IMG/VR virus record: IMGVR_UViG_3300025677_000006
Span: 1 to 64,000 of that record
Direction: 5' to 3' (one strand)
DNA length: 64,000 bases
DNA from: a virus
The notes under the pieces were generated by a model that was not told where the DNA came from, did not search any database, and worked only from the letters and a program-made list of their open reading frames with translations. Positions 48,039 through 57,845 of this stretch are shown here, piece after piece. The position numbers and the translations under genes are program-made. Numbering within the stretch: position 1 is the stretch's first letter; each line of letters opens with the position of its first letter.

Positions 48039-48794
48039 ATGGATAAAGTATTAGTTATTGGTGATAGTTGTATTGATGAATTTCAATATGGTGTTTGTGA
48101 AAGAATTAGTCCTGAAGCACCAGTGCCTATTTTTAAGAGTTTGTATGGTGTTCAATCTAGTGGTATGGCAAGTAATGTTAAAAATAATTTAGAAGGTTTA
48201 GGTATTTCGTGTGATATAATTACAAATACTATGGTAAAACCACATAAATTAAGATTTGTTGATAAAAAAACAAATCAAATGTTACTTAGGGTTGATGGTT
48301 ATGATAGGATTGTTGAAAAAGCAGAAGAATATTTAGTTAATATTAATTTTAATGATTATGATGCTATTGTAATTTCAGATTATGATAAAGGTTTTCTTAC
48401 TGAAAATACTATAACAAATATAACAAATAAACACAAATTAGTTTTTTTAGATAGCAAAAAAAAGTTTGGAAAATGGGCAGATGGTATAGAATTCATAAAA
48501 GTTAATGAAAATGAGTTTAATAATAATTCAAAGTATTTAATTGATGATTTTAAGGGTGAATTAATTATTACCTTGGGGGATGAAGGTGCTAGACATAATG
48601 ATGTTTTATATCATGTTGAACAACAATATGCTATTATTAATTTAGCGGGTGCTGGTGATACTTTTTTTGCAGGTTTTGTGGCAAATTATTTAGAATTTGG
48701 AAATATTCCAAAAGCAATTAATTTTGCAAATAAATGTGCTTCTTGGGTTGTTTCCCAAAAAGGTGTTGGTGTTATAAATAAAAGTAATATATGA
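48039..48794 (+). CDS. hldA: D-glycero-beta-D-manno-heptose-7-phosphate kinase (HldE kinase domain / HldA-like, PfkB family)
   Basis: [29 protein letters not shown] aligns with E. coli HldE ([28 protein letters not shown]). Also has the GAGDTF PfkB motif. Confidence 0.8.
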   Translation: [251 protein letters not shown]

Positions 48795-49174
48795 TAAAAA
48801 TTTTAAACATAAATGATTTGGATTTTGAATCTATTGTTGAGAAAAAATGGGGTCGTGAAATAATACTACATAATGATGAAAATTATTGTGGTAAAATACT
48901 TCAATTTAAATCTGGTTCTAAATTTAGTATGCATTACCATTTAAAAAAAGAAGAAACCTTTTATGTAAATAAAGGAAAATTAATATTAAATTATATTGAT
49001 ACTAATGATGCTACTGAATATTCAAGAGAACTTAATATTGGTGATGTTATTCATATTGAACAGGGTGACCCACATCAAATAATAGCATTGGAAGATAGTG
49101 AAATTATTGAAATATCAACACAACATTTTGATTTTGATAGTTATAGAATAAGAAAGGGTGATAGTCAATCATGA
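48791..49174 (+). CDS. Cupin-domain protein (possible sugar-nucleotide epimerase/isomerase)
   Basis: 127 aa. KWGREI...SMHYH...ETFYV..G is a cupin-like His cluster. It sits inside the heptose operon with ATGA overlaps on both sides. Confidence 0.45.
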   Translation: MIKILNINDLDFESIVEKKWGREIILHNDENYCGKILQFKSGSKFSMHYHLKKEETFYVNKGKLILNYIDTNDATEYSRELNIGDVIHIEQGDPHQIIALEDSEIIEISTQHFDFDSYRIRKGDSQS

Positions 49175-49461
49175 TAATTTATGTAGATATTGATAATACA
49201 ATATGTTATACGAATGGAAATGATTATGTTAATTCAATACCAAATTTTGAAAACATCAAAAAGGTAAATAAACTATATGATGATGGTAATATAATAATAT
49301 ATTGGACAGGAAGGGGTATGAAAAGTGGTTTAGATTGGACTAATTTAACAAAAAAACAACTATCTGATTGGGGTTGTAAATATAATGAATTAATAATGAA
49401 TAATAAACCAGCCTTTGATTTATTAATAGATGATAAGGCAATAAAAATTGATGAATTATGA
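49171..49461 (+). CDS. Minimal HAD-superfamily phosphatase (GmhB-like candidate)
   Basis: 96 aa carrying all four HAD motifs: DIDNT (I), IYWTGR (II), NNKP (III), LLIDDKA (IV). Confidence 0.5.
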   Translation: MIIYVDIDNTICYTNGNDYVNSIPNFENIKKVNKLYDDGNIIIYWTGRGMKSGLDWTNLTKKQLSDWGCKYNELIMNNKPAFDLLIDDKAIKIDEL

Positions 49462-49883
49462 GAGTTTGGGTAAATGGTTGTTTTGATATTCTTCATAGTG
49501 GTCATATTGATTTATTGTGGTTTGCAAAAAGATATGGTGTTACTAAAAAGAAACAAAATAAATTAAATAAACTATTTGTTGGTTTAGATAGTGATGAACG
49601 TATAAAAGAATTAAAAGGGGATAATCGTCCAATAAATGATTTAGAAACAAGAGTTAAAATAATGTCAAGTTTAAATATGGTTGATGTTGTTGCTATATTT
49701 AATACGGATGATGAATTAAAAAATTATATAAAGAACTTAAAAATTGATTGTATGGTTGTTGGTGATGAATATAAAAATAAAACAGTTATTGGTTCTGAGT
49801 ATTCAAAATATGGTGTTGTTTATTATCCAAAAACAAACGGAAAATCAACAACCGATATTATTAATAAAATAAAGAAATTATGA
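49458..49883 (+). CDS. hldC: D-glycero-beta-D-manno-heptose-1-phosphate adenylyltransferase (HldE domain II / HldC)
   Basis: [16 protein letters not shown]...[16 protein letters not shown].LETRV...GDEY...[10 protein letters not shown] aligns along its length with the E. coli HldE C-terminal domain ([50 protein letters not shown]). Confidence 0.85.
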   Translation: [141 protein letters not shown]

Positions 49884-50794
49884 TTGTAATTACTGGTGGT
49901 GATGGTTTTATTGGTAGAAATTTAGTGTTTGAATTTTCTATAACGAATAATAAATTACCAATTAAAATTCTTGATACTAAAAGAGAAAGTTTAAATGATA
50001 TTTATATTTGGTTAACAAATAATGCTAGTAGTATTAAAACTATTATTCATTTGGGTGCAATTACAGATACTACATTAGAAAATAGTGAACTTTTTTATGA
50101 ATATAATTTAGGTATGTCTATGTTTATTTGGAAACTATGTTCTAAATATGATATAACATTAATTTATGCTAGTTCTGCTGCAACGTATGGTGATGGTAGT
50201 TATGGTTTTGATGATAAATCGGATATTTGGAAATTAAAACCATTGAATTTATATGGTTGGTCAAAACATAATTTTGATTTATGGTCACAATTAGAACATA
50301 AATCACCTAAGAATTGGTATGGTTTGAAGTTTTTTAATGTGTATGGTAAATTTGAAGAATATAAACTTAGAATGTCTTCAATGATATATCAAATATATAA
50401 TCAAATTATTGATAATGGGTATGTAAAATTATTTAAATCAAACACATTTAATATTTTGGATGGTGAACAGAAAAGAGATTTTATTCATATTGATGATGTT
50501 GTAAATGTTATAATATTTTTAATAAATAGATTACCAAAATCAGGTATTTATAATGTTGGAACAGGAATTGCAAGGTCGTTTAATGATATTGCTAATATTA
50601 TTTTTCACAATTTAGGAATACCACCTAATATTAAGTATATTGATATTCCAGATAGTATATCAGATAAATATCAAAATTTTACAGAAGCAAAAATTGATAA
50701 ATTAAAAGAAATTGGTTATTCTATTAAATTTAAGAGTTTAGAATATGGAATTAGTGAATATTTAAAATATTTAAATTATTTAAAAAAATGGTAA
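49880..50794 (+). CDS. hldD: ADP-L-glycero-D-manno-heptose-6-epimerase (HldD/RfaD, SDR family)
   Basis: MIVITGGDGFIGRNL, YASSAATYG, KPLNLYGWSK (the YxxxK motif), FFNVYG, KRDFIHIDDV, NVGTG..RSF and YQNFTEAKIDKLKEIGY all match E. coli HldD. Confidence 0.85.
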   Translation: MIVITGGDGFIGRNLVFEFSITNNKLPIKILDTKRESLNDIYIWLTNNASSIKTIIHLGAITDTTLENSELFYEYNLGMSMFIWKLCSKYDITLIYASSAATYGDGSYGFDDKSDIWKLKPLNLYGWSKHNFDLWSQLEHKSPKNWYGLKFFNVYGKFEEYKLRMSSMIYQIYNQIIDNGYVKLFKSNTFNILDGEQKRDFIHIDDVVNVIIFLINRLPKSGIYNVGTGIARSFNDIANIIFHNLGIPPNIKYIDIPDSISDKYQNFTEAKIDKLKEIGYSIKFKSLEYGISEYLKYLNYLKKW

Positions 50795-51429
50795 AGATTG
50801 GTAATATTATTTATGAAGATGAATTGGTAAATCATATTATGGTTGATTATGTTAACTACATAAAAGAACCAATTGAATATTCAATTATTGATAAATCTTT
50901 ACCAACATTATACGTTGGATGGAATTTTATGAAATCAACAAATCAAGATAATGAAATTATACAAAATGCCGATATTCTAAAAAAGAAAATAATAACCAAT
51001 GAACTGTATTGGGAATTTTCTTTTAATGAGAATAAATCATCACACATTAAAGGTATTGAGAAATTTATAAATTTATTACCAGAATTTTATTTTTCACCAA
51101 AATATATGTATGTTGATTTAGACCCTGTTTTTTTCCATTTAAGAAATGTTGAAGATTTAATGGATGTATTACCAAAAACAATAGATTTGTTTTATCAGTA
51201 TAAAGATGAAATAATTTATGTATTATTTGATAATAAAATATGGGGTATTAATTTAAATATTTATAAGTTTTTTCAATTTGATGTTGAATTATTAAATACT
51301 TCTATTTCTAATAGATGTTATAAGTATGGTTATTATGATGTTGATGGTGAAATTTATAATAAATATAAAAAACTACTTCCTGATTTTACCAAATTAAAAA
51401 GATATATAGTTACAATATTATCAAAATGA
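50788..51429 (+). CDS. Hypothetical protein (last gene of heptose operon by overlap)
   Basis: 213 aa. Overlaps hldD by 7 nt. Confidence 0.4.
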   Translation: MVKIGNIIYEDELVNHIMVDYVNYIKEPIEYSIIDKSLPTLYVGWNFMKSTNQDNEIIQNADILKKKIITNELYWEFSFNENKSSHIKGIEKFINLLPEFYFSPKYMYVDLDPVFFHLRNVEDLMDVLPKTIDLFYQYKDEIIYVLFDNKIWGINLNIYKFFQFDVELLNTSISNRCYKYGYYDVDGEIYNKYKKLLPDFTKLKRYIVTILSK

Positions 51430-51655
51430 ATGTTAAGTAGTATTTATAATAAATAAATTATAATTGCTATGGAAAATAAAATTGATAAAGTAATTGACGA
51501 TTTTATTGATAATGAAAATCAAGAAACCCAAAATAAAGAATTTAATAAAAGGGTTATAAAAAAAAGTGATAATTCTATTATTGAACGTCTTGATAAAATC
51601 ATTATTGCAGAAAATGGTAAACAATTACTAAGAGAGGTTTATTAATAACATTCAT

Positions 51656-52360
51656 ATGAAAAAAAATATTAGTTTAAATCCAATAGATAAGCATTTGGAT
51701 AGAATAAAATATGTTGTAGATTATAAAATTAACGAATCTGCTAGATATATACCAATTAGTAATTTAGATGAATTTGACGAAATTCCAAATACTAATGAAG
51801 CGGATGATGTTGTAAATGATGATAATTTAGAAAAAAAACCAAAAATTAATAATCCTGAAAAACAAGAGGATGATACTGGTGGAGTTCCAGCAGAAACGCC
51901 AATACCTTCATTTGATGCAGAAAATCCCAATGAAAATCCAAATAATGAATTAAATAATGAACCTGTAAATGAACCTCAAGAAAATGTTGATAATATTCAA
52001 AATGATATTATTAGACATAATATTGAAGCCATGAAAACTATTCATAGTGAATTGGAAAATCTTAACAATATGGTTCAATCGTTAAATTCAAAATTGGATG
52101 TTTTAAATTCTGATGTGGAAGAAGTTCGTGAACCATCAACCGTTGAAAAATTAACATCAAGAAAAAATGTTAGTTATCCATATTATTTTAATTTAAACGA
52201 TATGTGGAGTAATAATTGGTTTAATAATAAATATAATACTGGTGATAATATGGAAAATGGTGTTAGAGAATTACCTGATGGTACTTTTATTGCAGATTTT
52301 GATGATTTACCACAAAAATCAAGAATTGATATAAAAAATAGTTTTACTGAAATTGATTAG
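51656..52360 (+). CDS. Hypothetical acidic protein
   Basis: 234 aa with an N/E/P-rich low-complexity region. Confidence 0.35.
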   Translation: MKKNISLNPIDKHLDRIKYVVDYKINESARYIPISNLDEFDEIPNTNEADDVVNDDNLEKKPKINNPEKQEDDTGGVPAETPIPSFDAENPNENPNNELNNEPVNEPQENVDNIQNDIIRHNIEAMKTIHSELENLNNMVQSLNSKLDVLNSDVEEVREPSTVEKLTSRKNVSYPYYFNLNDMWSNNWFNNKYNTGDNMENGVRELPDGTFIADFDDLPQKSRIDIKNSFTEID

Positions 52361-52809
52361 TGATGGTGTTAAAAGGAAATCAACATAGTAAAGAAAGATT
52401 TTTTGATTTATTTAAAAAAGTTAATTATATTAATGAATCTAAATTATCACCAGAAAAAAAAATGAAAATCCTTAATGATTTTGTGAATTTTGTTGGAAAT
52501 AAATTGGATATTATGGATAATTTACCAAATATAAAAATATCTAATGATGATTTTGCAGCAAAAAAAATGAAATCATTTGGTAAATATACACCAGATTTAA
52601 AAGAAATTGTTGTTGTAATGGTAAATAGAAATTTGGCAGATGTTTTAAGAACATTAGCACATGAAATAGTCCATCATAAACAGAATTTAGAAAATAAATT
52701 AGATGTTAATTCAAATGATGATGGTAGTGATATTGAAAATGAAGCCAATGCATTAGCAGCAGTTTTTATGAGAGAATATGGTAAAAATAATCCTATAATA
52801 TTTGAATAA
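52360..52809 (+). CDS. Small HExxH-motif protein (possible zinc metallopeptidase-like)
   Basis: LAHEIVHH motif in a 149-aa ORF. Confidence 0.35.
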   Translation: MMVLKGNQHSKERFFDLFKKVNYINESKLSPEKKMKILNDFVNFVGNKLDIMDNLPNIKISNDDFAAKKMKSFGKYTPDLKEIVVVMVNRNLADVLRTLAHEIVHHKQNLENKLDVNSNDDGSDIENEANALAAVFMREYGKNNPIIFE

Positions 52810-52811
52810 TT

Positions 52812-54887
52812 ATGAGAGTTTTTAGTCCAATTGGTAGTAAAGAAAGATTATTTGAAATGCTTCAAAGAGTAAATAAAATTACTTTAAATGAGGAAAATAT
52901 AATAAATAATCCAATAGAAAATTTAAAAATAGTATTCAATCAACTACTTAATGATGAAATTGAAATTAAAAGAATAACAAATGATATTGAATCAAATGAA
53001 TGTTATACAACAATTGATTGTTTAGGTGAAAATAATAGAGAAATTAATTTTGTTTTCAAAAGTGAATTTATTGAAAGGGAAACTGATGGTGTAATTGAAA
53101 TTGAAGATTCAAAATTAATTAATTTTTTTATGGGCAATGATGGTGATTCATTAAACATTGATGAAAACACACTAAAAGAATTTAATGATGATTATAATAC
53201 AGAAATTATTGATTTTATTTCTAATTATATTAATTTTGAAGATGATATGAAATCAAAGGTTGATGATTTGGATGAAGTTATTAAATTAATTGATAATATT
53301 CCATATAAAAGAAGTACAGAAGAATTACAAAATCATAAATCCTATGTTGATGAAAAACCAACAAATCCGAATCTTAGAGTAAACTCACCCGAATTAAATT
53401 CATATGTTACTGAAAATAATGATGATTTTGATGATGATTTTAATTATGATGATTTAGATGATGAAGATTTGGATGATGGATTAGATTATGATGATAATTT
53501 TGGAAATAATTTAAATAATGATATTGATTTTGATGATGATTCCAATTTAGTAAATAAATATAGTGATAAGGATGCAATGAAGTATAAAGATTTAGAAAAT
53601 GATTATGATGATGAAAACATATCTAATTTAGATTATGAAAATATGGAAAGTTCATCAGAAGATGATGAATTATATAATAAAGCATTTGATAATTTAATGA
53701 TGAAAAATAAAACACAAAAAAATCCAAATTATTTTCCGTCAAAATCTGAAGTTGAAAGAGAAGTAAATAGAATTTCTAATTTAAATAAAGAACCCGAAAA
53801 AAGAAAAAAAGGAATGAGAATGGCTAAAAATAAAACACGTGTATATCCATCATGGGCTGATAATTATTTAAGTGAAAATAAATTAAAAAACACAAATGTT
53901 GATTATATTGAATGGAAGTATTTTAATTCAACTAGTGATGAATTTAAAACGTTTTTAATAAAAAGAGCAGATAATATAATCACTAATAAATATGGTATTA
54001 ATAAATTCAAAATACCAAAAGAAAAATATCATAATTTGATAAGAGATTTAGTCGTTGTATTATTTAAAGAACATATAAGAAGTATGAATGAATCTGAAGA
54101 TGATGTCATTAAGAATGCTGAAGATAATGAAAATCTTAATATTGGTGATGTTGTTGAAGTAAATGGAATAGAAGGTACATTTCAAATAGGTGTTTTAGCA
54201 AGAGAAGGTAAACCTTTTATAATGCCTTTTGATATGAATACAAAAAAACCATATACAAGATTTAGAATATATCTATTTTCATTGAAAGATACTAACATGA
54301 AAAGAATTATGAGGTTTTCAGAAACTGATGGTGGTTTTATTATTGAATCAGAAGAAGAAATTGAAACAACTGAAAAAAATAATTTAGATATTGAAAATCT
54401 TGCAAAAAAAAGGGATGAAATCGGTGACCAAATTGAAGGTGGTCTTGGTGATGATAAGTCACCATTGGAATTTGACCCAGAACAAATTAAATTGGGAATG
54501 AAGGTTGAAATGGAACATACTAATGACCCTATGATTGCATTGGAAATAGCATTAGACCATTTAACTGAAGACCCTAAATATTATACTGTTAAAGAAGACC
54601 CAGAAATAAGCGCACAATTTAATGCAAGTAAGGAAGCAAGTGAATATGATAATGAAAAGGAATTGGTAGATGAATTGTTGGGTTATAAGCCAATAAATGT
54701 TGGTGATTTAACTGAAGAAATTGTTGGTTCTGATAATGCAAAATCGGTTGTGGGTGGTCAAAGTTCTGATAATAATGATGATGAAATAAAAAAATATCAG
54801 GAATATGAAAAGAAAGATTTTAATAGTTTAAGGGATGATGAAAAAGAAGAATTTTTTGAATTATGGAAAAAATATAGAGAAAAATAA
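52812..54887 (+). CDS. Hypothetical protein with strongly acidic D/N-rich central region
   Basis: 691-aa ORF. Confidence 0.4.
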   Translation: MRVFSPIGSKERLFEMLQRVNKITLNEENIINNPIENLKIVFNQLLNDEIEIKRITNDIESNECYTTIDCLGENNREINFVFKSEFIERETDGVIEIEDSKLINFFMGNDGDSLNIDENTLKEFNDDYNTEIIDFISNYINFEDDMKSKVDDLDEVIKLIDNIPYKRSTEELQNHKSYVDEKPTNPNLRVNSPELNSYVTENNDDFDDDFNYDDLDDEDLDDGLDYDDNFGNNLNNDIDFDDDSNLVNKYSDKDAMKYKDLENDYDDENISNLDYENMESSSEDDELYNKAFDNLMMKNKTQKNPNYFPSKSEVEREVNRISNLNKEPEKRKKGMRMAKNKTRVYPSWADNYLSENKLKNTNVDYIEWKYFNSTSDEFKTFLIKRADNIITNKYGINKFKIPKEKYHNLIRDLVVVLFKEHIRSMNESEDDVIKNAEDNENLNIGDVVEVNGIEGTFQIGVLAREGKPFIMPFDMNTKKPYTRFRIYLFSLKDTNMKRIMRFSETDGGFIIESEEEIETTEKNNLDIENLAKKRDEIGDQIEGGLGDDKSPLEFDPEQIKLGMKVEMEHTNDPMIALEIALDHLTEDPKYYTVKEDPEISAQFNASKEASEYDNEKELVDELLGYKPINVGDLTEEIVGSDNAKSVVGGQSSDNNDDEIKKYQEYEKKDFNSLRDDEKEEFFELWKKYREK

Positions 54888-54987
54888 ATTTAAATAATAT
54901 TTCTTTTTTGAAAAAGGACTACTTATTGTAGTCTTTTTTTGTTGTTGTTGAAAATATTACTATTTATATTAGAATAAATTTATCATT

Positions 54988-56403
54988 ATGAGTAGAATTA
55001 GAAGTTATTTTAAAAAGTCAAATACTTTAATAACAAATAATACAACAAATAATTCTCAAAATCCTGTTACCGAAATATCATATGGTACTTATGATGGTTG
55101 TGTTAGTAGATATATTTTTGATATTGATTTTTCTTTATTAAGAAAAAGAATAGAAAGGGGTATTATTATTCAAAACAATATTAAAAAACATATTTTACAC
55201 ATGACAAATACAATTGGTAGGGATTTAAAATATGTTGGAAAAAAATCATATTCGGAAATGATTGAAAGAGCAAGTAGTTTTGAATTGGAAGTTTTTAATC
55301 TTTCTGAAGATTGGGATGAAGGAAATGGTTATGATTTATTATATGATGATACATTTGCTGATAAATCATCAAAACATGCATCCAATTGGTTTAATAGAAA
55401 AACAAATTTATTTTGGAATGTAGATGGTGTTTATTCAACTGGTAATACTGAAATTATTGGAAATCAAAGATTTGAAAAGGGTAATGAAAATATTGAAATT
55501 GATATTACTGATTATGTAAACCAAAGATTATTTGAAAATGAATATAGTGGTAATACTGTTTTTAGTGGTGATTCTTTTGGTTTAGGGATTAAGTTTTTAG
55601 ACTTATATGAATCTTTGGAAACAGATTTTAGACATGCAGTTGCTTTTCATACAAATAAAACAAACACGTGGTATGAACCGTATGTTGAAACAATTTATGA
55701 TGATATCATATTAGATGATAGAAATTATTTTTATTTAGATAAAAAAAATAGATTATATTTATATACAAATTCTATTAGTATTTTAAATAATAATGAAATT
55801 ATTGTTAATCATGTAAATATATATGATAATAATAATAATTTTATTGAAACCATTAGTGGTGATTCAATTACGAATGTTGGTAATGGAATTTATTTTGTTG
55901 AATATAAAATAAATTCAAATGAATATCCTGATAGTGTTTTATTTGTAGATGAATGGAATTTAACAATGAATGGAGTTGAAAGTAATTATTATAGTAAATT
56001 TTATTTGATATCACCAGAAAAATATTTTATAATTAATGAAGAATCACAACTAAATTTAGAAAATTATCATTTTAATTTTTGGGGAATTAAAGAATCTGAA
56101 CAAATAAAATCTGGTGATATAAGGAAAATAAAAATATCGGTTAAAGAATTGTATACAAACCAAAACAATTTTATTCCATTAAATATTGAATATAGAGTAT
56201 ATATAAAAATTAGTGATGGATATGAAATTGATGTAATACCATTTACTAGTGTAAATAGAACCAAATTTGGATATTATTTTAATTTAGATACATCGTGGTT
56301 AATACCACAAGTTTATTATATTCAAATTAAGTTAAAATCGGGCGAATATTTTGATATAAAACAACCATTATCGTTTGAAATAGTAAATGATGGATTTTTT
56401 TAA
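54988..56403 (+). CDS. Hypothetical protein
   Basis: 471-aa ORF. Confidence 0.4.
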   Translation: MSRIRSYFKKSNTLITNNTTNNSQNPVTEISYGTYDGCVSRYIFDIDFSLLRKRIERGIIIQNNIKKHILHMTNTIGRDLKYVGKKSYSEMIERASSFELEVFNLSEDWDEGNGYDLLYDDTFADKSSKHASNWFNRKTNLFWNVDGVYSTGNTEIIGNQRFEKGNENIEIDITDYVNQRLFENEYSGNTVFSGDSFGLGIKFLDLYESLETDFRHAVAFHTNKTNTWYEPYVETIYDDIILDDRNYFYLDKKNRLYLYTNSISILNNNEIIVNHVNIYDNNNNFIETISGDSITNVGNGIYFVEYKINSNEYPDSVLFVDEWNLTMNGVESNYYSKFYLISPEKYFIINEESQLNLENYHFNFWGIKESEQIKSGDIRKIKISVKELYTNQNNFIPLNIEYRVYIKISDGYEIDVIPFTSVNRTKFGYYFNLDTSWLIPQVYYIQIKLKSGEYFDIKQPLSFEIVNDGFF

Positions 56404-56508
56404 TTATTAGTTGAATTTATTTGTATATTTGAAAAAACTGAAATATATTTGTATTGTAATTTAATTTTAATTGTAAAAATAATAACTGTAACTTAAAAAA
56501 CTGAAATT

Positions 56509-57765
56509 ATGAGTAATGTAACTGAAGGAAAATCACCACAAGGTGGTGATTTATCACAACTGAAAAAAATGTTTGCTGACTATCAAAAAAAACAATCACA
56601 AGCAAACAAAAAAACATCATCCCGTGAAAATATTCTTGCTAAGTATTTTGTGCCTAGAAATACGAAAGAAACGTTTAGAATATTACCACCAAAACAAGGT
56701 AGAAAACATATTGAAGAAGCCTATTTTCATGTTGTTACTACAAACATTGCGGGTGGTGTAAAAAAGCATGGTACAATTCTTTATTGTCCTGCACACAATG
56801 ACCCTAGAGTTCCAAAAATTGGTAGTGATGGTAAACCTATGTTAGACCAAAACAATAATCCAATTTTAGTTCCAGCACCATGTCCTCTATGTGCAAAGTA
56901 TAAAAAACTATTATCACAACAAGACCCATCATTAATTGGTGTTAAGAAAGAGGAAATGAATGATGTTCAAAAAAGAATAAAGGCAAAAAACGATGAAATA
57001 TATAAAGAAGCCATTAAATGGGAAGCAAAGAAATTTTATATAATTCGTGGTATTGATAAAGGTGCTGAAAAGGATGGTGTTAAATTTTGGAGATTTAAAC
57101 ACAATTATAAAAATCAAGGAACTCTTGATAAACTACTTCCAATTTTAGAAGATTATATGATGATGAATCAAGCAGATTTTTCAGACCCATATAATGGAAC
57201 TGATTTAAATATTATAATGACTGATAGTGAATTTAATGGTCGTGTTTATAAGGCAATATCAGCAATTACAGCAAGAGGAAAATCTAAATTATCACAAGAC
57301 CCTCTTGTGATGAAACAATGGCTTGATGATGATATTAGTTGGAGAGATGTTTTCTTACCAAAGAAAGCACCAAATATAACACCATTTGAATTTTTAGAAA
57401 TGGTTGTAAGTGGTACTAATCCATATTGGGATGATACTGATGCAAAAAATAAACGTTGGGTATTTCCAAATAGACCTGATTTGGAAGAATTAGCAAATAC
57501 ACGTAAAATGAATTTAGATTCAACTGAAGATGATAATTTTGAATATGCTTCTGATTTAGAGGATGTTGAATATCCACGTGTAACAATAAGCAATATAACC
57601 GAATCTGATGTTGGAACATATGATGATGATGCTACTGATTTAGGTAGTGATGTTATGGAAAATGAAGATGATTTGAATGAGAATGATTCAAATGATGATT
57701 CAGAAATAAGTGATTTTTCTGATTATGATATGGATTCTGATGATTATGATGATTTACCATTTTAA
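56509..57765 (+). CDS. Single-stranded DNA-binding protein, T4 gp32 family
   Basis: ETFRILPP matches gp32 (AVIRFLPS). A zinc-ligand cluster LYCPAHND...PAPCPLCAKY parallels the gp32 His/Cys3 site. KFWRFKHNYK matches gp32 (KVFKYRFGKK). The C-terminal tail is acidic. Confidence 0.7.
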   Translation: MSNVTEGKSPQGGDLSQLKKMFADYQKKQSQANKKTSSRENILAKYFVPRNTKETFRILPPKQGRKHIEEAYFHVVTTNIAGGVKKHGTILYCPAHNDPRVPKIGSDGKPMLDQNNNPILVPAPCPLCAKYKKLLSQQDPSLIGVKKEEMNDVQKRIKAKNDEIYKEAIKWEAKKFYIIRGIDKGAEKDGVKFWRFKHNYKNQGTLDKLLPILEDYMMMNQADFSDPYNGTDLNIIMTDSEFNGRVYKAISAITARGKSKLSQDPLVMKQWLDDDISWRDVFLPKKAPNITPFEFLEMVVSGTNPYWDDTDAKNKRWVFPNRPDLEELANTRKMNLDSTEDDNFEYASDLEDVEYPRVTISNITESDVGTYDDDATDLGSDVMENEDDLNENDSNDDSEISDFSDYDMDSDDYDDLPF

Positions 57766-57774
57766 TTTATTTTT

Positions 57775-57820
57775 AAATCCAATTGGTGTTGATTAAAATA
57801 CCAATTGGATTTTTTTTTAT
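57775..57820 (+). terminator. Strong rho-independent terminator
   Basis: 13-bp stem AAATCCAATTGGT / ACCAATTGGATTT with a 12-nt loop, followed by T9. Confidence 0.65.
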
Positions 57821-57845
57821 TTAATTTTAATAAAATTTATATATA

